From Octopus sinensis (lineage: Eukaryota), in contig NC_043018.1 in NCBI RefSeq assembly GCF_006345805.1, forward strand, positions 3,286,001 through 3,350,000: DNA of 64,000 nt, in the 5' to 3' direction. Shown one piece after another: positions 52,749-64,000 of the stretch. Within the stretch, counting starts at the first letter, position 1. Each line of letters begins with the position of its first letter. The notes below the pieces were generated by a model, which had not been told where the DNA came from, did no database searches, and saw nothing but the letters and a program-made list of their open reading frames with translations. The position numbers and the translations under genes are program-made.

Positions 52749-52786
<38 letters not shown>

Positions 52787-52789
<3 letters not shown>

Positions 52790-53872
52790 GGGTTGGACTA
52801 ACTAATGGAAACACCTAGTATCATAGCATCACAATTTTGAGATGTCAAAAAAATGTCAAAAGCTTCTTTATTTCTTATGGGTTTTTAAAATTTATTGTTA
52901 GTGTTGCTTAATATGTTTTGCAAAATTGCTGTTTCTTTTCAGATATCATCAGAAAAAGGTAATTAAAATTCATTAAAATGACTGGTCCATCGGACTTTCA
53001 AAGAGGTCGAATTGTTGGTGCTCGTATGGCAGTCGCTAGCATAACGAAAACAGCCGAAATGTTTTGTGTATCAAGAAGTATTGTCTCGAAAGTAATCACA
53101 GCCTTTAAGAAAGAGGAAAAAAACCTTCTCGACAAAACAAAGCTCCGGAAGTAAACCAAATCTTTCAGATAGGGACCTTACACGAATTGTTACAAAGGAT
53201 CACAAAAGCACAGCTCCCAAAAGTACAGAGCTTAATGACCACCTCGAGAACCCAGTTTCCACAAAAACTGTTCGCCAGGTGATGCACAAAGCTGGATTTC
53301 ACGGGGGATTTCAATCAGAAAACCACTACTTTCAAAAACAAACGTTGCAAAGCGTTTAGAGTGGAGTAAAATCCTACAGAATTGGTCCCTAGAGCAGTGG
53401 AAGAATCTTATTTTCTGAGACGAGTCATCCTTTACCTTATTTCCGACTACCGGCTGAGTATACGTATAGAGACAGACAAAAAACATTTGACCCAGACTGC
53501 CTTTTTCCAACTGTTAAACATGGAGGAGGATTTGTGATGATCTGGGGTGGGCTATATCGAAAATTCTAGTGAAGTTAAACATCTTATCTGGCCACCACAG
53601 TCCCCAGATCTCAATATTATTGAACATTTATGGTGCATTTTACAATAACAAATAAGAAGAGGATGGATATACTCCACCATCATCACTACAAGAACTGGAG
53701 ACTGCTTTAGCTGAAGAATGGACAAAAATTCCTTAAGAAACAATTTAAAGTTTGTAGGAGTCCATACCTCGCAAAATTCAAGCTGTAATCACTGCCAAAG
53801 GTGGTCCTACACCATATTAAAATAAATTTGTTTGAAAGTTTAAGGTGTTTCCATTATTTTGTCCAACCCCTG
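52787..53872 (+). mobile_element. Defective Tc1-family transposon
   Basis: ~30 bp TIRs caggggttggac.aa.taatggaaacacct / aggtgtttccattattttgtccaacccctg; remnants SDFQRGRIVGARMA, RKPLLSKTNVAKRLEW, IF*DESSF, TVKHGGGFVMIWG, WPPQSPDLNIIEHLW; stops, frameshifts and deletion of the second-D region. Confidence 0.93.
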
Positions 53873-53884
53873 AATATATATGAC

Positions 53885-54040
53885 AGGATTCTTTCAGTTT
53901 CCATCTACCAAATCCATTCGCCAGGCTTTGGCCGGCTCAAATTTATAGTAAAAGACACTTGCTCAGGGTGCCACGCAGAGGGATTGAATTTGGAATTATG
54001 TAGTTGGGAAGCAGGCATCTTACCACACGGCCACGCCTAA
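53885..54040 (-). mobile_element. SINE family A, 5' part
   Basis: ttctttcagtttccatctaccaaatcc...gacacttgctcagggtgccacgcag...cttaccacacggccacgcct. Confidence 0.75.
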
Positions 54041-54176
54041 ACTACAAGAAAACAATCATCATCAGCGATAACAGCAACAATAAATGATTAAATAAAGCAA
54101 ATCAAGTAAATTGAATGAAACCATTTAAAATAAGGTTTCCCACCCTTTCGTAGTTCAACCACGCTTTAGCTGAACA

Positions 54177-54572
54177 TCTTTATATATAAAAAAGAGGTTG
54201 TGTGCTGTCTGTCTCCTGCGATTTAGATTCCTAACTACTCCCACATTTTGCGGTGCAGTTTAACCAAAACCGGGTATCTTATAGTCGTGATTCATATCGA
54301 GCCCTTCTGGGTATTAGCGCGCGTCTACGATTAGTCTACGATTTAAAAAGAAAAATTACCATCAATTTTTCCCATTTTTAATGCATTTTGGCATATATAA
54401 GGGAAGTAACTCTCTAAAAATTTATTATTAAATCTCAGAACGTAAAAAGCTACAGTAACACCCCCCTTTTGTGGTTAGCCATATTGAGATGGCTATTATA
54501 CTTTACATCTCTAAAAATGCTTATATAGTTATTTCCCTTACAAACCCGAGCAACGCCGGGCGATACTGCTAG
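54177..54572 (+). mobile_element. Non-autonomous Helitron (396 bp)
   Basis: A/TC start, 3' hairpin plus CTAG/T. Confidence 0.85.
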
Positions 54573-54829
54573 TCATTTATAAAAGAATCAGTCGCATTTT
54601 TAAATAAACAAATAAATCTAATTTAACAAAAGCTAATTGATTTTATGCTGTGAATTATTATCCATTATTTACTTGTGATATCCTGTCCTGTGTGGGACAC
54701 TTTTTAGATATTTGCATGGACAAGCGTTCTCTATGTTAAATCTTTTATGGAAATGAATTTAAAAAAACAAGGCTTATGCAACAAAATTATACTGGACGTT
54801 GGAGCATTATCAGTAATGTCTCTTCTCAC

Positions 54830-55685
54830 TGTTAACACAAGGTTTGGCTTATGTTCTAATCCGGACAAACGCATGTCTTTTGCATTTTACTCAAGACTCT
54901 AACATAATTTAAGGCATTTCAAATTTTACCTTACAGTCTTTATATCTTCTTTGGCTTACTATTTCTGTTCTCTTTCTCGGCATAAGCTTACTATAAGGAT
55001 TTTGTTTTGGGAATGCGCTCATCATCCAAAGTTGTTTCCTAATAACCATGGCTTATATTGAGGTGTTCCTTGCTTCAGCAAGAATCTCAAGAATGAATGA
55101 GGACCAAGTTATTCTGATTATGCAGCGAAAGCATTTTTTGTAAAGTCTTTCCGATATATTTACATGACGCGTGTACATTGTCCACGTTTCGGAAGAATGC
55201 AACAGTGCAGAAAGAAGAAATAAGACCTATACAATGGTCTTAGAGTCAGCTTTGTGACCAGACTTTAGATTCGAGGCTGTCAAGGGCTTTTGCTGCCCTT
55301 CGAATACGAGAAGTTTTCATCAACGTGTACCATGCTACACAGGTATTCAAAAGTAGTCACCACATTAAACACTGTACAAGTTAATGAATTATAACTATTT
55401 TTTTTCGTTTTTCAAATTACTTGTGCGATCAAATATGTCACATGAAGAATCGAATGCAATAATTCGGTTCTGTAACTCATGCTCAGCGTGATTTAACAGG
55501 TTATAGTCGCCCGCATATAAAACATTGCGTAACAGAGAAGTAAAGACCTTGGATTTAGAGTTCTTTCTTGTCAGATCAAACATATTACCGAAGGAGAAGT
55601 ATCGTTTATAGATGTAATCTTTTGAAGTTTCAAATGCATTTGAAAGCATAACTGCAAAATATATGGAGAAGATTGTTGGGACTAT
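54830..55685 (-). pseudogene. RTE/BovB-type LINE RT and post-RT fragment
   Basis: IVPTIFSIYFAVMLSNAF...FDLTRKNSKSKV..LLRNVLYAGDY..LNHAEHELQ (YADD decayed), then FEYLCS, SETWTMYTRH, DERIPKQ. Confidence 0.82.
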
Positions 55686-55982
55686 CTGTCAGTTTTTGGA
55701 AAAGTGCCTTCTCGTCTTCTCTAAGAGAGCCTTGATAAATTCATAGTCCCTAGGAAGAGTTGATGTAATCTTCAATATCTACCGGCGACAAAAGAAATGC
55801 AACGAAGAAAATATTTGTTTGTACCATTGTTGTATTAATCATTGCAAAGCTTTTCACAAAATTAATAGGAATGCATTGTGGCAAGTGCTAAAGAATGGCA
55901 AAGGATATGAAGGTCCGAAAGCCCGGGTTAACTTTGGTAGAGCCCTGTCGGAATCATTTTCGATTGAAAATGGAGTAAAGCA
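55686..55982 (+). pseudogene. RTE-type RT fragment, inverted relative to the adjacent piece
   Basis: GKV.SRLL...RRQKKCNEENI.LY...KAFHKINRNALWQVL...KARVNFG.ALSESFSIENGVKQ. Confidence 0.78.
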
Positions 55983-56550
55983 ATACATATATACATACGT
56001 ACATACATACATACATACATACATACATACATACATACATACATACATACATACATACATACGTATGTATGTATGTATGTATGTATGTATGTATGTATGT
56101 ATGTATAAAGAGAGAGAGTCTGCTGAAATGAATTGATAGGTCCACATATAACATCTCAAGGTACAGCTTTATTTTCTCTGATGAAATTATGCTCATGTCA
56201 CATAAATGCAAATTTAATGTACAAATTTGTAATTAAACTAAGTATTATTTGAAACGTCTGTAAGAATCGAAGATAACCAAAATTTTTAATAATAAAAAAT
56301 GCTAATTTTCTCATCTCCATTTTCTTTTCCTTTCTTCTTTTAACTGGATATAAACAATATGCTAAATATATATATATATACTTAGATAAACTTAGATTTG
56401 TTTCGACCAAAGATTGGTCCAGGCCACGTCTAACTGAATAGCACCACCTGATAGGATTATTTGAATCCTGTTTAAGTCAAGTTTTGTTTATGGTCCATTC
56501 AAGTAGTGAGTTTTTGTTGGGTGATATATATATATATATTATATATATAT

Positions 56551-56580
<30 letters not shown>

Positions 56581-56583
<3 letters not shown>

Positions 56584-58034
56584 CATTGTTAATTAGGAAC
56601 TCATTGAGTTGAACAGAAGGGAATGGTAGGAAGGACAAGGTGTAATTTTTTTTTGAAAATCGAGTTCTCTGTCAAAGAAAGACACGAAATGCCTAGATAT
56701 CACTGACTGCTGAAGTTCTTTATACAAAAGGAAGCAGAGCTTATATCACCTGTTCTATGTGAATGCATTACACCTTCAAACTGTTACATGCTTGGACACG
56801 GGAATGGGATACTTGTATTTGACACCGATGTCTCCATCGGATTAGTGCTGTAATCTATGTCCAAAGCTGATTCAGTTGGGTTGACGATGTGTGTTTTTGA
56901 TGAAGGCTCAAGTGCAACGATGCTTTTGATAAGATTTTTGAAAAAATATCTGTTCTCCGTTTGTCATAATAAAAAAAAATCTATATAAAATCAGGGTTAA
57001 CGCCATTTTCAGAACCCATCAAAGAAAAGCTTATGGATATATGTGTGTGTGTGTATATGTGTGTGTGTATGTGTGTGTGTGTGTGTGTGTGATGATGTAG
57101 GTGGTAATATTATGAAAATACATATGTCTCCCACTTTATCTATGTGTGTGATATATCGGATATATATATGCGTGTGTGGATGTATGTATGTGTATATAAA
57201 TAATTTTGTACAAATTATATATCTCTCTCTCTATATATATATATATTAATGTATATATATGTGTGTGTGTACATATATATTAATTAATTTATATATATAT
57301 ATATATATATATATCATTGTTAATTAGGAACTCATTGAGTTGAACAGAAGGGAATGGTAGGAAGGACAAGGTGTAATTTTTTTTTGAAAATCGAGTTCTC
57401 TGTCAAAGAAAGACACGAAATGCCTAGATATCACTGACTGCTGAAGTTCTTTATACAAAAGGAAGCAGAGCTTATATCACCTGTTCTATGTGAATGCATT
57501 ACACCTTCAAACTGTTACATGCTTGGACACGGGAATGGGATACTTGTATTTGACACCGATGTCTCCATCGGATTAGTGCTGTAATCTATGTCCAAAGCTG
57601 ATTCAGTTGGGTTGACGATGTGTGTTTTTGATGAAGGCTCAAGTGCAACGATGCTTTTGATAAGATTTTTGAAAAAATATCTGTTCTCCGTTTGTCATAA
57701 TAAAAAAAAATCTATATAAAATCAGGGTTAACGCCATTTTCAGAACCCATCAAAGAAAAGCTTATGGATATATGTGTGTGTGTGTATATGTGTGTGTGTA
57801 TGTGTGTGTGTGTGTGTGTGTGATGATGTAGGTGGTAATATTATGAAAATACATATGTCTCCCACTTTATCTATGTGTGTGATATATCGGATATATATAT
57901 GCGTGTGTGGATGTATGTATGTGTATATAAATAATTTTGTACAAATTATATATCTCTCTCTCTATATATATATATATTAATGTATATATATGTGTGTGTG
58001 TACATATATATTAATTAATTTATATATATATATA
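56581..58034. repeat. Apparently identical 731 bp tandem duplication
   Basis: tatcattgttaattagg at 56581 and 57312; no differences found by eye; junctions in (TA)n. Confidence 0.92.
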
Positions 58035-58769
58035 TTTATTATTTATTTATTTACTCACACATAATGATAAAGATCATTAAAATCTAAGAATATTATTATT
58101 TTTAATAAAAAACCAAAAAGCTTCTCTTTTTTTTCATCCATTAATGATGAGATTAATAGTCCGAAAAATCATAATCGTATTAACTTAGTTTGCATTATAT
58201 ATAATTATAAAATCGTTAATGAAGCTAAGTTAAATGGTTATTTTAAATTTCTTCTTCACTTTAATGTTCTGTTTATGCCTGCAGTCATTTTGGTACACCA
58301 TCGAAGAGCTAGCGAAATAATTGTTAAATGAAGACGAAAAAAAAAACAAGAAAATATGAATACAAAACAATCAACATTAAACACTAAAAGTGAGTAGAAG
58401 GATGAGGTAAAAAATCGAAGTGATAGGTTAAACATTTTTTTTCTTCTTTTTCGGGATTATGTGTTTTTCTTTCATGCAGCTAATTGGCAGAGTCATTAGA
58501 GAGTTGGATATATCGCTTTGCGGTAATTTTTTCGGCTTTCTGCTCCTCGAGTTCAAATCTCAACAATGTTTCATGGGTGGGGAGCGATAAATAAAGTACC
58601 AGTTTCGTAACCTTTGTCAATTCTTTTCTTTCTACGCAGATAATTAGCAAACTCTGAATCTGGGACTGATTTCACAAAAGTGTATATATTTAACGAAAAC
58701 ATGAAATCGCGAATGGTGGTTGGCTGTGGCCTAACGTTTTCGCCAGTTTCGGCACTTCAGTGTGACTTG

Positions 58770-58975
58770 TAATTCATTCATCGGTAATTTATTCATTGGC
58801 TCCACTGGGACAAAACCGGATTTGTACGCAGAACGGAAAATGCTGGAAGTTTTACAGCAACTGATGATTGTTTTATAAAATGTGGGAAGTTGTATAACCG
58901 CTGATAATTGTTTTGAAATTAGGCAGAAGGTCAGCAAATTTGAAGAAGGGGATTCAGTCGATGGTACTTTATTTT
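58770..58975 (+). pseudogene. Possible decayed piggyBac transposase fragment
   Basis: EVLQQLMIVL*NVGSCITADNCFE...VDGT resembles the piggyBac N.GRNIT.DNFFTS...VGT segment. Confidence 0.35.
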
Positions 58976-60239
58976 ATCTGCTCCTGTGTGATTAAAATCA
59001 AAGTTGACCGAAGCAAGATTCGAACCCAGTTATAAAGAGACTGTCAAGCATTTTGTCCGATTCTCTGTAGATTCTGATTCAGGCACAAGGGCAGCGATTT
59101 TGAAAAGAGGACCAGTCGGTTTCAATGACATTAGTACTTCGTTGTTACTTATTTTAATGATTGCCGAAAGGATAACAGGCAAAGTTGATGTCAGTGAAAT
59201 TTTGAACAGAGAGCGTAAAGAGTTGGAAGGACATGAGATGATTAGAGAAGAAAAAACAATGAATGAAAGAAACGAATGAAGAAGAAGAATGTGTATAGGT
59301 AGCAAAGTAGATAGATAGACAAGAAGAAAATGAGAAAAAATATCGAAAGAAAGGTGAGAGAGGGAACAACGCAGGAAGAACGATATTATAAAGGAGAATC
59401 AGCGAAAGAAAAACACAAAAGAAAACTGAAAAACTGACAGAGAAATTCATAAAAAGAGTAAGTGGACCGTTAGGAGGAGGAGGAGGAGGAGGAGAGAGAG
59501 AGAGAAAGATTATTAAAATTGTCTACCTTTAATGCTGATAGATGATCTAATGAGAGCGATAAAGGAATTAAGATGACTAAATAATTTTTTTCTCTCTCAT
59601 ACAACAGTAAAGAATTAATTGAAATAGCAAAAATAGACGCTGAATTCTAGCCACAAGATATAAATTATATCATTTTAGTAAAGGTGAACACCACTTTGGC
59701 GCGCTGTGACGTGTGTCTGAGTGGTTTTGTTTTGTTAAAGTAAAGGTTAATGACTGCTCTGTTGTTCTGTAGTGAAGTAGACTACGCGGATTTGCTTTTG
59801 TGATTGTTGTGACTGTTTAGGCCTGGTCAATGTTGAATGAGTCGTCTATTAGCAAAGACATGCACCACTTGTGATCATCCAGTCTTTTCCCAATGTGAAG
59901 ATAACTGGGACCACATTAGCAAACGTAATTTCCTTCAGAAACTAAGATTTGAGGGAGATTTGGTAATTGCTTTTAGCAGGTTACGCAACCCAGCTGATGT
60001 AATTTAACCCCAGGTCAGATTTATGATTAAAGATATTCTATCTCGTCTATTACCAATACAAAGAGAACCTGAACCGTATCGTCCAATATGTCTCTTTGCT
60101 CTGTACAATCTAATACAAGGAAGATTTAGCTGCTATGAGCTGGCAGAAATGTTAGCCTGCTGAGCGAAATGCTTAGCGGTATTTTGTCTGTCTGTTATTG
60201 AAAATTTATTGTTGGAGTGTGTTTGTAAGTTTCTGTTAA

Positions 60240-61542
60240 TTATTATATCTCTTGTTGTGTTTATTGTTGGACTTATTGTTGAAAAAATTGTAGTATAGTT
60301 TTCTTTCGAAAGCTATTAATTGCCGGCAAGATGCCGAAAAGTTTTTCTTCTTCGCCGGGTGATGAATCATCGATTGAGCGAGAAGCAAAGAAAATAGAAA
60401 GTTTAATTTTTGATAACGTTTCTGATTTGTCGGAAAGCGAATTCCCGGCATTACCAAAAGTTAGGAGCATCAAAAGGAAGACAGAAGAAAGGAACATCCA
60501 AAATGAAGAAAATAAAAGTTTTGCGTCAGTAGCTGGTAGTGGAACGCGACAGCTGTCAACTGACAAAAATGAATTACTAAAATACAAAGATATGATAACA
60601 GAACGAGATGGAATAGTAAAAGAGGAAATACCAGAAGAAGAATTAACGGAGGAAAAAAGAAAATTATTATTTTTAAGACATTCTGCTTAAAAGCTCGTAA
60701 AATTGATAAGATACGTGAGCAAATAATCGAAAAATGTCTAAAACTCATCTGGCAGAACATTACATATCTAGCCAGGGGGAAGAAGTTTGGAATCATCGTG
60801 GTATGGTTCAAGAACGCAGAAACGGCACAAAACACTCGGTAAAATCTTTAGAGTCAGAAGACAATGTTAATCCCAATTTACATGGGAATGAGAACATCAA
60901 AAGTGAGAATACCAAGAATTCCACCCGGAGTAAACCCTATGTGCTTGATGGCGGCAGTCCTGGCAAACAGGGAAGATAATATTAACCACCTGTTGTGCGG
61001 TGAAGGAAGAATACAGCTGTCGACTGAGTCAATCATAGAAATTGTCCCACCGGCAGTTTTAATGAACGAAGGTAAGAATTGTTTTCTCACCGTTGTAGCA
61101 ATAGTGAAAGAGACAGTATGGAGGACTAGGATAAAAGGATTTAAGACAGACAACTTTATCTCTGGCCACAATTTACGATCACTTTTTTCTTTTCATTTGA
61201 AATGGAAGCTGTGGCTGGAGAAGAGATGTCTGTCGGAGTGTACGTTCCAAAAGAGATAGAAGCATGTTGCACAAGTGTTGTGCGTGCAAGGAACAGTGTG
61301 AATAGACGGAAGAAAAAAGAACAAAACAAAGGTATCCGCGGTAGATCGGGGCTTGTGGGGTCAGAGCGTGGCCTGATCGTCGCTTCATTTGTATTGTCTT
61401 TGTATTGTTAATTCCATTCGATTTTTTTATATTGTATTTAAATTTTTTAAGTCACATTATATGTGAAATCATATCGCTTTACTGACCCCATCAGTTGTTC
61501 TGTCCATCTCTATATTTGGCCCCCGGTGGGAAATAAAGAAAT
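60240..61542 (+). mobile_element. Internally deleted L1/Tx1-like non-LTR retrotransposon
   Basis: ORF1-like start MPKSFSSSPGD..EFPALP, then KVRIPRIPPGV..LMAAVL (RRM-like), joined to an ORF2-end-like segment VAIVKETVWRTR..LRSLFSFHLKWK...FQKR; T-rich 3' UTR ending ggcccccggtgggaaataaagaaat. Confidence 0.62.
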
Positions 61543-61547
61543 TGGTA

Positions 61548-61950
61548 TTTCGCCCGTCGCTACATTCTGAGTTCAAGTTCCATATAAGTTGACTTTGCCT
61601 TTCATACTTAAATTAAGTACCAGTGAAAACACTGGGAGCAATGTAATCGGCTTATCCCCTCCGCAAAATGCCCTGCAATTCTTGTGGCAAAATTTGAAAC
61701 CATTATTTCAGGTAGATATAAGGTGGCGAGCAGACAGTTGGAAAGAAATGCTTTGCGATATTTCTTCCACGTTCTGAGTTCAAATTCCATCATTTCGTGT
61801 CTTTCATCATTTCGTGGTCAACTATCCATTTCTTCTCGCTCTTTAGGTTCTGAGTTCAGATACCATCGCGGTCGACTTTGCCTTCCGTTCTTTTTCGGGT
61901 CGATAAAATAAAGCACCATTCAAGTATTAAAGTCAGAGTAAACGAGAGAC
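61548..61950 (+). mobile_element. Two tandem decayed SINE B copies
   Basis: ttctgagttcaagttcc...gactttgcctttc (61565) and ggtggcgagcagacag...gttctgagttcaaattcc (61723-61800). Confidence 0.7.
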
Positions 61951-61977
61951 AACCCCCCGCCTCCCCTTACTATTCTT

Positions 61978-62193
61978 TTCTTTTCTAGGCACAAAGGCCC
62001 GAAATTTTGGTGGAGGGGACCAGTTGATTAGATCAACCTCTCTATGCAACTGGTTCTTAATTTGTCAATCCCGAAAGAATGAAAGGCAAAGTCGAAGTCG
62101 ACCTCGGCGGAATTTGAACTCAGAACGTAGCGGCAGACGAAATACGGTTACGCATTTCGCCCGGCGTGCTAACGTTTCTGCCAGCTCGCCGCC
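61978..62193 (-). mobile_element. Full-length SINE family B with an alternative 3' tail
   Basis: Head nearly identical to the 51590 copy; tail cccctccaccaaaatttcgggcctttgtgcctagaaaag differs. Confidence 0.85.
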
Positions 62194-62344
62194 TTTCCCC
62201 ACCCTTACTATTTCTGTTCATGTGTATAAATTGGAAACATATATTTGAGGTAGAGGTAGTTGCTATTTCTTCGTGGTCAAGTGACCATGTGGAGACTCCC
62301 ACGTTTGGTCGTGGTGTTTGGTTTGGTGTGGTTCGATATTTTAG

Positions 62345-62487
62345 CAAGTTCCGAAGTCGACTTTGCCTTTCATCCTTTCGTGGTCGATATATTAAGCAAT
62401 TCCCGTGTCGATTTGTTCGACTAAAGGTGGTGCTCCAGCATGGCCGCAGTAAAGCGTCTGAAACAAGTAAAAGAATAAAAGAATACA
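62345..62487 (+). mobile_element. SINE fragment with B-type body and A-type tail
   Basis: gtcgactttgcctttcatcctttcg joined to gtcgatttgttcgactaaaggtggtgctccagcatggccgcag. Confidence 0.6.
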
Positions 62488-62501
62488 GTTCAGTATATTA
62501 T

Positions 62502-62532
<31 letters not shown>

Positions 62533-62910
62533 CAAATTTTAAATATTTACTTCCAAACACTTTTTCAGCAAGAACCTCAGTAGAAACATTTTAATTAATC
62601 TCCCGCTCGCTATGGCGCCAGACAAATTGAAAATCATTATCCTATTGCCTGAAAATTGTAAAAAAAAAAAGCGCATTGGATATTGTAGTCGATAGATTAG
62701 TGGAAAGACGAAGTGGCTTATTGTTGAAATGCTATTCGTTTCAGGTTTGTTCAATATCAATCGACTTGAGGCTAAATTGCATCGTTTACACAGCGCATGC
62801 TCATGTCCATGAGAGCCTCTCTTCTCGATTGCTCAACCTGTTAAAATGTCTGAGCTTACTTTCACCCAACCGTGGTGGTGGTGGTGGGGGGGGGGGAATT
62901 CAATGTAGTT

Positions 62911-63293
62911 ATCTTTTATTTGTTTCAGCCACGAAAATGCGGCCATGCTGGGGCACCGTGTTCAAGAATTGTTTTTTAGTCGAATGAATCGAACCCAATA
63001 CTTATATATTTCATTAAGCCTGGTACTTATCAGTCTCTTTTGCCGAACCGCTAGGTTAGTGGGACGTAAACACACTAACACATGTTGACAACCGATGATA
63101 GGGGACAAACACAGACACACACACATATACGACGGGCTTCATTCAGTTTCCATCTACTAAATTCACTCATAAGGCTCCAGATGGCTCGAGGATACAGTAG
63201 AAGACACTTGCCCAAGGTACCACGCAGTAGGACTGAACCCGGATCCATGTGATTAGAAAGCAATCTTCTTACCACACAGCCACGTCTGCGCCT
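62911..63293 (-). mobile_element. Full-length SINE family A
   Basis: Reverse complement aligns along 8950-9349. Confidence 0.85.
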
Positions 63294-63410
63294 ATATATA
63301 GTTGTTGATAAAAAAAAAGAGAGAATTAGGACAGCCACGAGTGGAATGTCTTTATTCAGATGTTATCTCGATGAAGAATGATCAATAATAGCAATAACAT
63401 ACTAAAATAT

Positions 63411-63500
63411 CCTTTTCTACTCTAGGCACAAGGATTGAAATTTCGGGGGAGGGGACCCAGTCGATTAGACCGACCCCATTACGCATCTGGTGTCGTCACA
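63411..63500 (-). mobile_element. SINE B 3' tail fragment
   Basis: ctactctaggcacaagg..gaaatttcggggggaggggacccagtcgattag. Confidence 0.6.
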
Positions 63501-63578
63501 CATTCCGTGACCGCTTCAGCGATTCTCTGTCCCGAAAGTTTAGTACACGCGCGTGCGCACGCACACACACATGTAGAA

Positions 63579-63612
<34 letters not shown>

Positions 63613-63651
63613 TATATATATTATATATATATATATAATATATATATATAT

Positions 63652-64000
63652 CTTTACTCTTTTTTTTTTACTCTTTTTTACTTGTTTCAGTCATTTGACT
63701 GCAGCCATGCTGGAGCACCACATTTAATCGTGCAACTCGACCCCGGGACTTATTCTTTTGTAAGCCCAGTACTTATTTTATCGGTCACTTTTGCCGAACC
63801 GCTAAGTAACGGGGACATAAACACACCAGCATCGGTTGTCAAGCAATGCTAGGGGGACAAATACAGACACACAAACACACACACGCATATGTATATACAT
63901 ATATACGACGGGCTTCTTTCAGTTTCCGTCTACCAAATCCACTCACAAGGCTTTGGTCGGCCCGAGGCTATAGTAGAAGACACTTGCCCAAGGTGCTATA
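63652..64000 (-). mobile_element. SINE family A, cut by the window end
   Basis: Well-conserved copy; tRNA head lies beyond position 64000. Confidence 0.88.

Noticed and set aside
56157-56270. CTGATGA...GAAACGTC possible HHR
   Set aside because: Stem I out of register by 4 nt and stem II unconvincing
1-64000. CRISPR arrays, rRNA genes and true tRNA genes
   Set aside because: No repeat-spacer arrays; tRNA-like A/B boxes occur only as SINE heads without a complete cloverleaf

Overview
AT-rich, microsatellite-saturated eukaryotic DNA. I infer an octopus/cephalopod intron or intergenic region, from my recollection of its tRNA-derived SINE families. No host protein-coding gene can be identified with confidence, and most long ORFs in the supplied track are translations of microsatellites. 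Recognisable content: about 20 SINE copies from about 4 families, three non-autonomous Helitrons, a deleted mariner, a defective Tc1, small MITEs, and fragments of RTE, R4/RLE-type, L1/Tx1-like and Penelope (GIY-YIG) retroelements. The main signal the ORF track misses is a set of non-coding insertions carrying type I hammerhead ribozyme (HHR) folds, nearly all sitting in (TA)n tracts. These include ~490-560 bp tandem repeats (15.4, 31-32.4, 48.1 kb), long palindromes (33.3, 44.4 kb) and decayed remnants (32.6, 52.6 kb). This resembles Penelope pseudo-LTRs or retrozymes. One HHR is fully canonical (48391-48497). Two diverged relatives share an unusual A.A opposition at the base of stem II. Also notable: a SINE 3' tail matching the 3' end of the Tx1-like LINE in the window, and a twin-priming-like inversion in an RTE element. 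All folds and alignments were done by eye.
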